This document shows, piece by piece, positions 36,202-46,476 of a stretch of DNA of 64,000 nucleotides. A model generated the notes under the pieces. It was not told the DNA's origin, made no database searches, and saw nothing but the letters and a program-made list of their open reading frames with translations. Numbering within the stretch: the stretch's first letter is position 1; each line of letters begins with the position of its first letter. Source of the stretch: Acidimicrobiia bacterium (GTDB lineage: Bacteria > Actinomycetota > Acidimicrobiia > Spongiisociales > ZC4RG35); contig OZ242375.1 of the NCBI GenBank assembly GCA_965209025.1, positions 997,562 to 1,061,561 of the forward strand, in the 5' to 3' direction. Position numbers and translations under genes: made by a program.

Positions 36202-37395
36202 TCAGGAGTCGTCGGCGGGAAGTATCAGGTTGAGCACCACGCCCACCACTGCGGCCAATGCCAGGCCGGAGATGGCGACTCCGCCGATCTGGAGGTTCTC
36301 GAGGCCCGAAGTCCCCAGACCCAGCACCAGGATCACCGCCACCACGATCAGGTTGCGGCTCTTGTGCATCTCCACCTGGCTCTCCACCAGGGTGCGGAGG
36401 CCCACTGCGGCGATCATCCCGAACAGGACGATTGAGAGGCCTCCCAGCACGGAGAGGGGAATGGACTGCAGGACCGCCGCCACCTTGGGGATGATCCCCA
36501 GGATGATGGCCACGATCGCCCCGATGCGAAGGACGGCAGGGTCATAGACCTTGGTCACCGCCAGGACTCCGGTGTTCTCCGAGTAGGTGGTGTTGGCGGG
36601 ACCGCCCACCAACCCGGCCAGGAAGGTGGCCGCTCCGTCACCCATGAGGGTGCGGTCCAGGCCCGGCTCTTCGAAGAAGTCCTTTCCGACCACCCGACCG
36701 TTGGTGATGATGTCCCCGACGTGCTCGATCATGGTGACGAACGCCACCGGTGCGATCAGGACGATGGCGCCCCACTCGAAGGTGGCGAAGGTGAAGTCGG
36801 GCAGGCCGAACCAGTCTGCATCCGCGATGCCGTCGAAGTCCACTTCTCCGGCGATGGCGCCCACCACGTAACCGACCACTGCCCCCGACAGGATGGGCAG
36901 CATCTTCCAGAGGCCCTTCATGAAGATGGCCGCAGCCACGGTCACCAGCAGGGTGAGAATGGCCAGCCACCAGTTGGCGTTGGACATGTCGACCGCCACC
37001 GGCGCCAGGGTGATTCCGATGATTATGATCACCGGCCCGGCAACCACTGGGGGGACCAGCCTCTTGATCTTGTCCGATCCGATGAACCGGACGATCACCG
37101 AGACGATCGCGTAGACCACGCCGGCGGCCGCGATACCTCCCACGGTGGCCGACATGGAGAATCCCTCGTCGTTGAGGGCGGCGACTATCGGCGGGATGAA
37201 TGCGAATGACGAGCCCAGGAATACTGGGACCATCAGCTTGGTGAGAACATGGAATATCAGGGTTCCGATGCCCGCCGCCAAGAGGGCAACCGATGCGTCC
37301 AGTCCGGTCAGAAGCGGCACCAGCACGGTGGCGCCGAACATGGCAATCGTGTGTTGGACTCCCAATACGACTTTGCGTTGGGTGTTGAGTTCCAT
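36202..37395 (-). CDS. uraA: Uracil permease (NCS2/NAT family)
   Basis: QH..AMFGATVLVP, LGSSFAF, EHVGD and NTTYSENTGV; GGAGG RBS. Confidence 0.9.
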   Translation of the reverse strand: MELNTQRKVVLGVQHTIAMFGATVLVPLLTGLDASVALLAAGIGTLIFHVLTKLMVPVFLGSSFAFIPPIVAALNDEGFSMSATVGGIAAAGVVYAIVSVIVRFIGSDKIKRLVPPVVAGPVIIIIGITLAPVAVDMSNANWWLAILTLLVTVAAAIFMKGLWKMLPILSGAVVGYVVGAIAGEVDFDGIADADWFGLPDFTFATFEWGAIVLIAPVAFVTMIEHVGDIITNGRVVGKDFFEEPGLDRTLMGDGAATFLAGLVGGPANTTYSENTGVLAVTKVYDPAVLRIGAIVAIILGIIPKVAAVLQSIPLSVLGGLSIVLFGMIAAVGLRTLVESQVEMHKSRNLIVVAVILVLGLGTSGLENLQIGGVAISGLALAAVVGVVLNLILPADDS

Positions 37396-37534
37396 AGTTT
37401 CCTCCTCTCTGGGGAACCGTACGTGAATAGCCCCTGACTCCCTTAACTCTCTAAGCAGGAGAAGCCAGAGCGGTGGAATAGGCATGCCCGCTTCCTCATG
37501 GCATGCGTTTCCATCCATAGTAAACTGTGATTCG

Positions 37535-38776
37535 ATGAGGACCCGGCATATCCGCCTAACTTCTCACGTCGACAGCCACGGACCCCAGCCTCCCCCTATC
37601 CGATGGGGAGCCGCCACGGCATCCGCCCGGGGTCCGGTCATCGCTACTCTGAGCAACCTCGATCATCGCAACGTGGTGGGCACCCACGGCGGCTCCTACT
37701 CCGTCTACCGGGCAGTCTCCATCGCCCAGGGAAAGCTCGATCGCCACTACCGGGCCGATCTGACCAACACCGCACCCACCCATCGGATCGGGCCGTACCC
37801 CGCTTGGAGAGAGCAGGGAAAGATCGTCTCCCTGGACCCTTGGGGAGCCGTGACCGCAGAGTCCTTCCCGGATCTGCTTGCCGAGGGATACGACATCCGC
37901 CCCACCATTGCGATCACCACGGCTCACATCTACATACCCGAGTTGGAGGATGCCATAGAAGAGGGCCGTATCGTCCCCGACGGGTCCCTGTGCCTGCCCG
38001 ACGGCTCATGCCGGGTCACCAAGGCAGCCATCGAACCGGTGTGGCACCTTCCCAGCGTGGCGGAGAGGCTCGACGTCCCCGAACGCGACCTCAGGCGGAT
38101 TCTCTTCGAGGAGACCGGGGGGATGTACCCGGAGTTGGTGACCCGCTCGGACCGGGAGGTCTTCCTGCCGCCCATCGGGGGCCAGACCGTATACATATTC
38201 GGCGACCCGGCCAACCTGGCCGACCCCGACAAGACCCTGGCGGCCCGCGTCCACGACGAGTGCAACGGTTCGGATGTGTTCGGATCGGACATCTGCACCT
38301 GCCGGCCCTATCTGGTGCACGGTATCGAGGTCTGCATCCAGACCGCCTCCCGGGGAGGAGCCGGGATCATCGTCTACAACCGGAAGGAAGGCCGGGCGCT
38401 GGGCGAGGTCACCAAATTCCTGGTGTACAACGCCCGCAAGCGCCAGGAAGGCGGGGATCGCGCCGACGCCTATTTCGAACGGACCGAGTGCGTGGCGGGG
38501 GTGCAGGACGCCCGCCACCAGTTGCTGATGCCCGATTCATTGCACTGGCTGGGCATCAAGCGGATCGACAAGCTGGTGTCCATGTCGGACGACAAGTACG
38601 GAGCGATCACCGGATCGGGCATAGAGGTGGGCGAACGCCTCTCTCTCCCGCCCGAGTTGGTGCCCGCCGACGCCTGGGTGGAACTGGACGCCAAGGTGGC
38701 AGCCGGCTACTTCACCGACGGCTCCGTTCCCAGCCCCGGAGATTTGGCCGAGACCAAGGGACGCCCCCTTCTTTGA
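37535..38776 (+). CDS. URC1-like GTP cyclohydrolase II-family protein
   Basis: IRWGA...RGPVIAT N-domain plus RVHDECNGSDVFGSDICTC and EGRALGEVTK. Confidence 0.9.
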   Translation: MRTRHIRLTSHVDSHGPQPPPIRWGAATASARGPVIATLSNLDHRNVVGTHGGSYSVYRAVSIAQGKLDRHYRADLTNTAPTHRIGPYPAWREQGKIVSLDPWGAVTAESFPDLLAEGYDIRPTIAITTAHIYIPELEDAIEEGRIVPDGSLCLPDGSCRVTKAAIEPVWHLPSVAERLDVPERDLRRILFEETGGMYPELVTRSDREVFLPPIGGQTVYIFGDPANLADPDKTLAARVHDECNGSDVFGSDICTCRPYLVHGIEVCIQTASRGGAGIIVYNRKEGRALGEVTKFLVYNARKRQEGGDRADAYFERTECVAGVQDARHQLLMPDSLHWLGIKRIDKLVSMSDDKYGAITGSGIEVGERLSLPPELVPADAWVELDAKVAAGYFTDGSVPSPGDLAETKGRPLL

Positions 38777-39939
38777 CCCTCTCCGAGGTGGCCCGGCTCC
38801 GCCATCCCGACACCATCAGGCGCCAGTCGGAGAGGATGCTCGCCCTCGCAACGGAAGGCAAGCTGGAGAGGTGGGAGATCGACCTCGACAGGCTCCCGGA
38901 TCTGGGCAGGACGGTAAGCGAGTTGACCCGGGACCGGTACCCGGACCTGGCGGTGCCCATGCATGGACGCCGTCTTCACTTCAAGGTGGGCGACATCGAT
39001 CTCTGGGAGGCGCTCCCCCGCCCCGCCGACCGGGATGAGGCAGCCAGGTCCGAGGTCGAACTCATCGTGGTATCGGTCTTGTTGGACGCAGGGAGCGGGC
39101 CTCGGTGGCGTTACGCCGACACGCGGATCCAAGGTGAGTTGCGACGGTCCGAAGGGCTGGCGGTAGCCAGTTTCCGTGCCTGGGAGCGAGGTGTGTTCTC
39201 CAACCGCGGTCTTCCCCGAGCGGACTCCGAGGCGCTATCGGGCGTCAGCGCCGCTTCGTTGGCCGAAGCCTTTCAGGTGAGAGAGGACAATCCTTTGGTG
39301 GGGACCGAAGACCGGGCCGCGTTGCTGCGATCCCTGGGAAGGGTCTCGTCCCGATGGCCGGGCCGGCGGGTGGGAGGTCTCTTCGATCTGCTCTCCGGCC
39401 ATGCTTCCCCGGAAGGGCGCCTGTCGGCGGTGGCCCTGTTGGGGATTCTCCTGGAGCAGTTGTCGCCCCTGTGGCCCGACTCCACGATGCGCGACGGCCA
39501 ATACCTGGGGGACGTCTGGCCATATCCCCCGCTGGGGCTGGTCCCCTTTCACAAACTCACCCAGTGGCTGGCGTATTCCTTGATAGAACCTCTGAGCACC
39601 GCGGGAATCACCGTCACCGAGGTGGACCGCTTGACCCCCCTGGCGGAATACCGGAATGGGGGTCTGCTCATCGACGGGGGCGTCCTGGCCCCCGTGACTC
39701 CCGGGTGGCAGACCACCAGCCATCCGGTCTCCTCGTCCCTGGTGGTGGAGTGGCGCGCCCTCACCGTCGCCCTGGTCGGCCGCCTGGCCGGGATGGTCCG
39801 GGGGGAGTTGGGCGCAGGACTCTCCATGGGCCAGGTTCTCGAGGGCGGAACATGGGCGGCCGGAAGGCGCCTGGCCGCCGCGGCCCGGCCCGACGCCAGC
39901 CCGCCGCTCAAAGTGCTCAGCAACGGGACTATCTTCTGA
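38773..39939 (+). CDS. URC4/DUF1688 protein
   Basis: SVLLDAGSG, RSEGLAVAS, FHKLTQWLAYSL, LAEYRNGGL and EWRALTV. Confidence 0.9.
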   Translation: MTLSEVARLRHPDTIRRQSERMLALATEGKLERWEIDLDRLPDLGRTVSELTRDRYPDLAVPMHGRRLHFKVGDIDLWEALPRPADRDEAARSEVELIVVSVLLDAGSGPRWRYADTRIQGELRRSEGLAVASFRAWERGVFSNRGLPRADSEALSGVSAASLAEAFQVREDNPLVGTEDRAALLRSLGRVSSRWPGRRVGGLFDLLSGHASPEGRLSAVALLGILLEQLSPLWPDSTMRDGQYLGDVWPYPPLGLVPFHKLTQWLAYSLIEPLSTAGITVTEVDRLTPLAEYRNGGLLIDGGVLAPVTPGWQTTSHPVSSSLVVEWRALTVALVGRLAGMVRGELGAGLSMGQVLEGGTWAAGRRLAAAARPDASPPLKVLSNGTIF

Positions 39940-39941
39940 GC

Positions 39942-40589
39942 ATGACCTCCCACGCCGTCGGCACCCGGGTCAACGTGATCGACCATCCCCTGGTCCAGCA
40001 CAAGCTGACCCTGATGAGAAAGCGCGAGACGAGTTCCAGCGCCTTCCGCCGACTCGCTTCGGAGATCTCGGGCCTTCTGGCCTACGAGGTGACCCGCCAC
40101 CACCCCGTGACGTTCACCCGGATCAATACTCCCCTCAAGGCCATGTCCGCGCCCCTCCTGGACGGTAAGAAGCTGGTGGTGATCTCCATCCTGCGAGCCG
40201 GCACCGCCATCGCCGACGGCATCATTGACGCCATCCCCTCGGCGCGGATGGGACACATCGGGCTGTACCGGGACCGGAAGACCCAGATGACGGTGGAGTA
40301 CTACTTCAAGGCGCCCCGGAACATGTCCGATCGCACCGCGCTGGTGGTGGACCCCATGCTGGCCACCGGACACTCGGCGGAAGCGGCGATCACCCGGGTC
40401 AAGGGCACCAACCCGAGAGAGTTGGTCTTCATATGCCTGATAGCCGCTCCCGAGGGGGTGGACTACCTCCACACCTACCACCCCGACGTCCCGATCTACT
40501 GCGCGGCGGTGGACGAAGGCCTGGATCCCTCGGGGTACATAGTGCCCGGCTTCGGCGACGCCGGCGACCGCATCTTCGGCACCAAGTAG
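39942..40589 (+). CDS. upp: Uracil phosphoribosyltransferase
   Basis: HPLVQHKL, ILRAG, DPMLATG and YIVPGFGDAGDRIFGTK. Confidence 0.97.
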   Translation: MTSHAVGTRVNVIDHPLVQHKLTLMRKRETSSSAFRRLASEISGLLAYEVTRHHPVTFTRINTPLKAMSAPLLDGKKLVVISILRAGTAIADGIIDAIPSARMGHIGLYRDRKTQMTVEYYFKAPRNMSDRTALVVDPMLATGHSAEAAITRVKGTNPRELVFICLIAAPEGVDYLHTYHPDVPIYCAAVDEGLDPSGYIVPGFGDAGDRIFGTK

Positions 40590-40739
40590 AGCCACCGGAC
40601 CATCCTGGGCGAGTCGTAAGCCTCCCGCCCCGTTACCGCGTACCTGAAGTAATATCAGCGCTGTTCCGGTCTTGGGTTTGCGGGTCGGCCCGGAGGTCCA
40701 GTCTCGGGATCTGAATACGCGGTCTGAGAGGAGACGGAA

Positions 40740-41915
40740 ATGTCGGAGATCAATCCTGTGGTCGTGGTGGGGGCGGCTCGGACCGCCATAGGGACATACG
40801 GAGGCTCGCTGAGCGGCATCGATGCCTACAAGCTCGGCGCCGTCACCATCAAGGAGTCGTTGAGCCGGGCCGGAGTGGAGCCCGGAGAGGTCGACGAGGT
40901 GGTCATGGGACAGATCGGACAGGTGGGCCCCGATGCCTACAACGCCCGGCGTTGCGCGCTGGAGGCGGGTCTTCCCACCCACACCACCGCCATGAACGTC
41001 AACCGCCTGTGCTCGTCGGGCCTCCAGGCGATCATCACCGGCGCCCAGCAGGTGATGCTGGGATCGGCCGACATCGTGGTGGCCGGGGGCGATGAGAACA
41101 TGAGCAGCCAGCCGTTCCTGGACTACCAGGCCCGCGACGGTTGGAAACTGGGCCCTCGGAAGGTCATCGACGGCACCCTGTCATTGGTGAGCGATCCCTT
41201 CGGCGGGTATCCGATGGGCGCCACCGCTGAGAAGGTGGCCGAACGCTATGGCGTGAGCCGCGAAGACCAGGACCGCTTCGCCGCCGAGAGCCAGCGCCGG
41301 GCAGCAATCGCCATCAAAGACGGCCTCTTCGAAGAAGACATCGTGGGAGTGGATCGTCCCAAGGACACCCCGTTCCTGGTCGACGAGCATCCCAGGCCGA
41401 ACACCACCGTGGAGCGCCTTGCGCGGCTCCGTCCGGTGTTCCAGAAGGGCGGCTCGGTGACCGCCGGGAACTCATCGGGAATCAACGACGGCGCCGCCTC
41501 GGTGGTCCTGATGAGCCAGAAAACAGCCGAAGCCCGGGGCGCCGAACCTCTCCTGCGCCTGGTGGCTTGGGCGGTCAGCGGCATCGACCCGGAGGTCATG
41601 GGCTACGCCCCGGCGCTAGCGGTCCCCAAGGTGCTTGAGAAGGCTGGCCTGACCCTCGACGACATCGACCTGATCGAACTCAACGAAGCTTTCGCCGCTC
41701 AGGCGGTGGCAGTGATCCGTGACGCAGGCCTCGACCCCGAGAAGACCAACGTGGACGGCGGCGCCATCGCGCTGGGTCATCCCGTCGGAGCCACTGGGAC
41801 GATTCTCGCCATCAAGCTCATGCGAGCCCTCGAGCGGATCGATGGCCGCCGCGGCATCGTAACGATGTGCATCGGCGGAGGACAGGGCATGGCAGCCATC
41901 TTCGAACGCCCCTAA
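40740..41915 (+). CDS. Thiolase (acetyl-CoA acyltransferase)
   Basis: NRLCSSG, NEAFA, GHPVGATG and CIGGGQG. Confidence 0.95.
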   Translation: MSEINPVVVVGAARTAIGTYGGSLSGIDAYKLGAVTIKESLSRAGVEPGEVDEVVMGQIGQVGPDAYNARRCALEAGLPTHTTAMNVNRLCSSGLQAIITGAQQVMLGSADIVVAGGDENMSSQPFLDYQARDGWKLGPRKVIDGTLSLVSDPFGGYPMGATAEKVAERYGVSREDQDRFAAESQRRAAIAIKDGLFEEDIVGVDRPKDTPFLVDEHPRPNTTVERLARLRPVFQKGGSVTAGNSSGINDGAASVVLMSQKTAEARGAEPLLRLVAWAVSGIDPEVMGYAPALAVPKVLEKAGLTLDDIDLIELNEAFAAQAVAVIRDAGLDPEKTNVDGGAIALGHPVGATGTILAIKLMRALERIDGRRGIVTMCIGGGQGMAAIFERP

Positions 41916-41932
41916 CGTTCTTCTTGAGGTTC

Positions 41933-41954
41933 TCTTCCGCCCCGAGGCGGAAGA
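41933..41954. terminator. Hairpin between convergent thiolase and BKACE genes
   Basis: TCTTCCGCC-CCGA-GGCGGAAGA. Confidence 0.6.
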
Positions 41955-41995
41955 AGCGAAAGGGTCGCCGGGTCACCCGGCCGGAGTCATCTTGC

Positions 41996-43000
41996 TCAGG
42001 CCACTCCCAGCAGGTCGCGATAGCGGGCGCCGGACATGGGAGTGCGGCCTAGGTTTTCGGCTATGGCTATCACGGCCTCCAGTTGTTGGAGGTTGGAGGC
42101 GATCAGCTCGTCACGGTGCGGGTAGCGCCAGACGGTGTCCTCCATTCCCAGGCGGACGTGGAGTCCCATCAGCATGGCCAGGGTGACCAAGTAGACCGAG
42201 GGACGGCCTGCCGCGCACACCGAGATGATCGAGTTGGGGTTGATGTCGAAGATGGAGTCAACGATGCGGGTGAGGCCCTGGATCATTTGGCGAGGGTTGT
42301 GCATGGGGCTGCCACCGGGAAGTGCGGGCAGGACCACCCAGTAGAGGGGCTCTTCCAGAAGGCCCGATTCGATCAGGTAGCGGCGGGCGTTGTCCACGTC
42401 GGCGTCGGTGTAGACCGCGATCTCGGGCTTAACTCCCGCCTCCATCAGGACGCGGGTCTTCTCGATCACCACCGCCGGGGGCTTTGCGAACAGGGTGTCG
42501 CCGCAGAAGGTGGCGGTGGTGTTGACCGGCGACCCGGTGATCAGGCCCGAGTTGCTGATCTTGATCATCTCGTTCCAGTCGTCGGGACCGATCGCTACTT
42601 CGCCCGCAGAGACATACAGGTCCTCGAACTCGTCACGGAGCGGTTCGATGATGGTGACGAACCGGGCCAGATCCAGAATGGACCACTCCGCCTCGTTACG
42701 AACATGAATGTGCAGGGCCGTAGCACCCGCCCGCATGCAAGCCCTCCCTGCCTCCATGATCTCCTGTTCGCTGATGGGCTGCGCCGGGTTGTGGCGGGTC
42801 ATGAAGAACCCACCGGTCAGCGCAACCGAGATGGCCACCTCCTCTGAGATGGGCCATCGCGGCGACACGTCCACATCGGCGTATGCGGAGGTGAAGGGAT
42901 TGGTGATGTCGGGCATCCCGTAGGGCTTCAACACCGCGCGGGTCTTGCTCCGCTCCATGTATGCGTTGACTCTGTCCCAGTTGATTCTGTCTTTTGCCAT
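41996..43000 (-). CDS. BKACE (beta-keto acid cleavage enzyme, DUF849)
   Basis: ISVALTG, HIHVR Zn motif, KPEI and HVRLGMED. Confidence 0.9.
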   Translation of the reverse strand: MAKDRINWDRVNAYMERSKTRAVLKPYGMPDITNPFTSAYADVDVSPRWPISEEVAISVALTGGFFMTRHNPAQPISEQEIMEAGRACMRAGATALHIHVRNEAEWSILDLARFVTIIEPLRDEFEDLYVSAGEVAIGPDDWNEMIKISNSGLITGSPVNTTATFCGDTLFAKPPAVVIEKTRVLMEAGVKPEIAVYTDADVDNARRYLIESGLLEEPLYWVVLPALPGGSPMHNPRQMIQGLTRIVDSIFDINPNSIISVCAAGRPSVYLVTLAMLMGLHVRLGMEDTVWRYPHRDELIASNLQQLEAVIAIAENLGRTPMSGARYRDLLGVA

Positions 43001-43018
43001 GTTTTGAATGCGCTCCTT

Positions 43019-43783
43019 TTACTCGAGACGCTGGGCCCGGAAGCCCCCGTCCACATGCACCAGTTCCCCGGTGATGAAACTTGCCTGTTCCGACAACAAA
43101 AACACGATGGCCTCGGCCAACTCCCCGGTGGCCCCCAGCCGTCCCAGGGCATGCTCCGAAGCGGCCGCCTCCGCGTCCACGATTCCCTGGGCGGCCGCCC
43201 GCTGGAAGAGCGGGGTCTCCACCATCCCGGGGATCACCTGGTTGACCCTTATCCCCGCCGGGGCCCATTCCACCGCCAGCACCCTGGTGAGGCCCCCGAT
43301 CCCCGCCTTCGACGTGGTGTAGGCGGCCCGGCCGGGAAACCCGAAGTCCTGTGCTATCGAACCCACGGTGACGATCGATCCCCCTCCCCCATCCCTCATG
43401 GCCCTCCCCGCCGCTTGACACCAGTAGAAGGTCCCGTTCAGGTGCACCCCGGTTACCTTCTCCCAATGCTCGACCGCCAACTCGAAGCTGTCCCCCACGA
43501 TCTGGATCCCCGCGCAGGTGACCAGCATCCTGATCGGGCTGTTCCACCTCTCGATCTCCGCGGCGGCGGCGTTCACAGCCGCCGGATCGGTTACGTCGCA
43601 GCGCACGAAGCGGACCCGGCCCTCCCCGAAGCGTTCGATCAACTCTGCGGACTGGGCCTCGTTGAGGTCAACCAGCGCGCAGGCCACATCCGGGCGGCGT
43701 TCCAGCAGCAACTCGGCGGTCTTCCAGCCGATGCCGCTGGCCCCGCCGGTTATCACGGCCACAGAAGAAACTTGATCGCTCAT
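43019..43783 (-). CDS. Short-chain dehydrogenase/reductase
   Basis: TGGASGIG, YTTSK and VDGG. Confidence 0.93.
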   Translation of the reverse strand: MSDQVSSVAVITGGASGIGWKTAELLLERRPDVACALVDLNEAQSAELIERFGEGRVRFVRCDVTDPAAVNAAAAEIERWNSPIRMLVTCAGIQIVGDSFELAVEHWEKVTGVHLNGTFYWCQAAGRAMRDGGGGSIVTVGSIAQDFGFPGRAAYTTSKAGIGGLTRVLAVEWAPAGIRVNQVIPGMVETPLFQRAAAQGIVDAEAAASEHALGRLGATGELAEAIVFLLSEQASFITGELVHVDGGFRAQRLE

Positions 43784-44886
43784 TTCTCTCCCTTCTCTGA
43801 GTATCGGTCGGACAACTCCCTGGCGATCAGGGTGCGGTGGATCTCGTTTGCCCCGTCCACGATCTGGTTGAGTTTCGCCTCTCTCATCAGCCTCTCCACC
43901 TTGCCGGACGTCAGGTATCCCCGCCCCCCCATGAGTTGAGTTGCGGCGGTCGTCACGCTCATGGCCAGGTCCGTCACATACACCTTGGCCGCCGAGATCT
44001 GAAGCGACGCCCTTTCGCCGGCGTCGACCCGCGACGCGGCGTGATCCAGATAGATCCGGCCGGTCTCCACCGCTATGCCCATCCCGGCGAGGCTCTGCTG
44101 GACCGCGCCCTGGCGGTTGAGGGGCTTTCCGAACCGGCGGGTCCGGGCGGTGTATACGAGGGCCAACTCCAGGGCCTCGGTGGCGCACCCCAGTGCCAGC
44201 CCGGCGGTGAGCAATCGACTCCTTCCCAGATGCGGCCACAGGTCTCTCATCTCCCCTATCCGGTCCTCGGGGGCCACGAGGCACCCGTCGAACTCGACCT
44301 CGCACAGGTGCACTCCTCGCAGGGCCATGGTCGGGCCCAGTCGCCGTACCTGGGTTCCCCGCGCACCGGGATCGACCGCGTAGATCGACGGATCGGCGTC
44401 CGGAGTCTCCCGGGCGGCCACCAGCAGGAAGTCGACCTGATCGGCGTTGGGAATGTAGGTCTTGGTCCCGGTCAGCCGGAAACCGCCGTCGCGCTTCTCG
44501 GCAATGGTCGTAAGGGCCGCCAGGTCATTACCGGAGCCGGGCTCGTTCAGAGCCAACACCGAAGCGGCCCGACCTTCCACGATGGGAAGCCCGCGCCTGT
44601 TCCACTGCAGATCGTTGGCGACCTCCGCCAGGTACCCGGCGATCAGTGCGTTGGTGAGCAGGAACCCGAAAGGCCGGTACACACGGCCCAGGGCGGCGGC
44701 CACCGCCACGATCTCCGCCCACGGCCGGGGATGCCCGCCCCGGTCGGCGGTAGTCATCATCCCCAGCAGTCCGAAGCGGCGCCCCACCTCCCAGAGCGCT
44801 TCGGGCGGAACATGGCCTTCCTCCTCCCAGGCGTCCACCCGGGGCTCCACCTCGGAGCGAAGATGATCCAGCAGGTCCCCGGTCAC
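43780..44886 (-). CDS. Acyl-CoA dehydrogenase
   Basis: ALNEPGSGND, GTKTYI, QLMGGRG and IVDGANEIH. Confidence 0.9.
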   Translation of the reverse strand: MTGDLLDHLRSEVEPRVDAWEEEGHVPPEALWEVGRRFGLLGMMTTADRGGHPRPWAEIVAVAAALGRVYRPFGFLLTNALIAGYLAEVANDLQWNRRGLPIVEGRAASVLALNEPGSGNDLAALTTIAEKRDGGFRLTGTKTYIPNADQVDFLLVAARETPDADPSIYAVDPGARGTQVRRLGPTMALRGVHLCEVEFDGCLVAPEDRIGEMRDLWPHLGRSRLLTAGLALGCATEALELALVYTARTRRFGKPLNRQGAVQQSLAGMGIAVETGRIYLDHAASRVDAGERASLQISAAKVYVTDLAMSVTTAATQLMGGRGYLTSGKVERLMREAKLNQIVDGANEIHRTLIARELSDRYSEKGEK

Positions 44887-45914
44887 TCGATCCTCCTGGT
44901 CACACCCTTGGAAAGGCAGAATCCCGAGAAGAACACCGAGTGGGAGGCGTTTCCCTCGGTGCCGCCCCCGACCACGATCCGCAGATCGTCGGGCGTCTCG
45001 CAAATCAGCACCCGGTCTTCATCCACCGTCCAATCTCCCTGCGGGATGTTGCCCTCGGGCGGGTAGTCGGACAGCGGGACCTTCCCCATCTCCCACAGGT
45101 GCTCTGCCAGGCGCTTCTTGCTCCACCCGTCCCGGGCGAACACCCCGGCGTGGGCGGGGCTCATCAACAGGGTGAGCGTCCCCCGGGAGAAGAACTGGCT
45201 GGTGGCGGTGGAGCGGAGGGTCTTGGCCAGCATCTTGGCCAGGGAGTCGGGCGTCCACCACACCGCGGTGGAGTTGATCACCGACTCGATGCCCGCCACC
45301 GAGACGGTGGACTCATCCGGCCGGTACCCCAACTGGACGTGCAACGGCTCCCAGGGACTCGACTCCTCGTCCTCGGGGACCACCAGGCTGTACTTCGCCG
45401 GGCTTCCGTGGGTGGCCTGGTCCACCCCGATGTAGGCGCCCCCCAGGTTTCGCATGGCCAGCCGCAGTGCCCGGCCGATGGTGGCGTTGGCCCGGTTGCC
45501 GGGACCGAGCAGGTTGCGGTCGGTGTTCATGGAGAGTTCTCGGCGGATCGGCCCGTTCACCACCACCAGGGGTGTGGCCGGGTTGGTGGTGGATTGGATG
45601 GCGTGCAGGTTGAAGATGGGTTCGCACATGGCCGAGACCGAGGCCACGATCACGGGCATGTAGGAGGGAAGGCATCCGGCCATCACCGCGTTGATGGCCA
45701 ACTTCTCCACGGTTGCCACCCCCCGCTTGGGGTCGATGATCCCGATCTCTTCACTCGGGTGGCGTCCACTCCCGGCCACCATGGCGGCCACCCGCCCGGG
45801 CGTGGGGGGTATCACCGGCAGTCCGTCGGAGAGGTCCTCTCCGTGGAACCAGTCCTGGATCGCGTCCAGGCCCAGATCGGTCGGACAGTCAAGCTCCCGG
45901 GACAACAACTCCAT
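44883..45914 (-). CDS. UGSC-associated conserved hypothetical protein
   Basis: DGLPVIPPT, ATVEKLAINAVMAGC and NRANATIGRALRL, a family I recall being encoded beside UGSC genes. Confidence 0.75.
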   Translation of the reverse strand: MELLSRELDCPTDLGLDAIQDWFHGEDLSDGLPVIPPTPGRVAAMVAGSGRHPSEEIGIIDPKRGVATVEKLAINAVMAGCLPSYMPVIVASVSAMCEPIFNLHAIQSTTNPATPLVVVNGPIRRELSMNTDRNLLGPGNRANATIGRALRLAMRNLGGAYIGVDQATHGSPAKYSLVVPEDEESSPWEPLHVQLGYRPDESTVSVAGIESVINSTAVWWTPDSLAKMLAKTLRSTATSQFFSRGTLTLLMSPAHAGVFARDGWSKKRLAEHLWEMGKVPLSDYPPEGNIPQGDWTVDEDRVLICETPDDLRIVVGGGTEGNASHSVFFSGFCLSKGVTRRIE

Positions 45915-45936
45915 CTAGACGCAGTCCTCCGGCCGC

Positions 45937-46476
45937 TCAGGCCAAGGGTTGCCGGACCGCTTCGATGAGGGGGACGATCTCATGATCAACCGCCAACTCC
46001 ACATACGGCCGCAACTCCTCGGTGGTCATCACCTCGGTCTGGTGCGGGAAGATCACCATGGGCAGATCGGGCACTCCCCGACTGGCCAGGGTGGCCTTGG
46101 CCAACTCCTCGAAGGCCTCGGTGATCAGCACCACCGTTCCCAGCCCCCGCTTTCTCAACTCGGTCCCGTCGTGGCAACTCCACGCTGTGCAAGCCCCTCA
46201 GTTGCCGAGTCCCAGCACCGCGAAGTGGCTGTAACCCACCACCTGATCGATCACCTCCTGGGGCGTGGGCTCGGAGTGCTTGATCTTCCAGTGCCGAACG
46301 TCCCTGATGAACGACAGGCGCCGGAGGCGCTCGTCCACCAGTGCGGCGATGCGGGTCATCGACTCCCAGCGGGAGTTGAGGATGCCCACATTCAGTTCCA
46401 CAGCTTCCACGGGCTTGAGGGGATCGGCGCCGTCCAACCGGCGGTATTCCTCGGCTCGGGGGTCCAACAGTCTCAT
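45937..46476 (-). CDS. UGSC-family selenoprotein (in-frame TGA at 46200-46198 read as Sec)
   Basis: Continuous frame MRLLDP...GLGN-U-GACTAWSCHDG...EKRG-like LRKRGLGTVVLITEAF. Hairpin CGTGG-AGTTG-CCACG begins 14 nt after the UGA. Confidence 0.85.

Noticed and set aside
37396-37534. PyrR-type attenuator upstream of uraA
   Set aside because: A hairpin is present (CTCC..CTTA-GAGAGT-TAAG-GGAG), but the ARUCCNGNGAGGYU consensus and a U-tailed terminator were not found.
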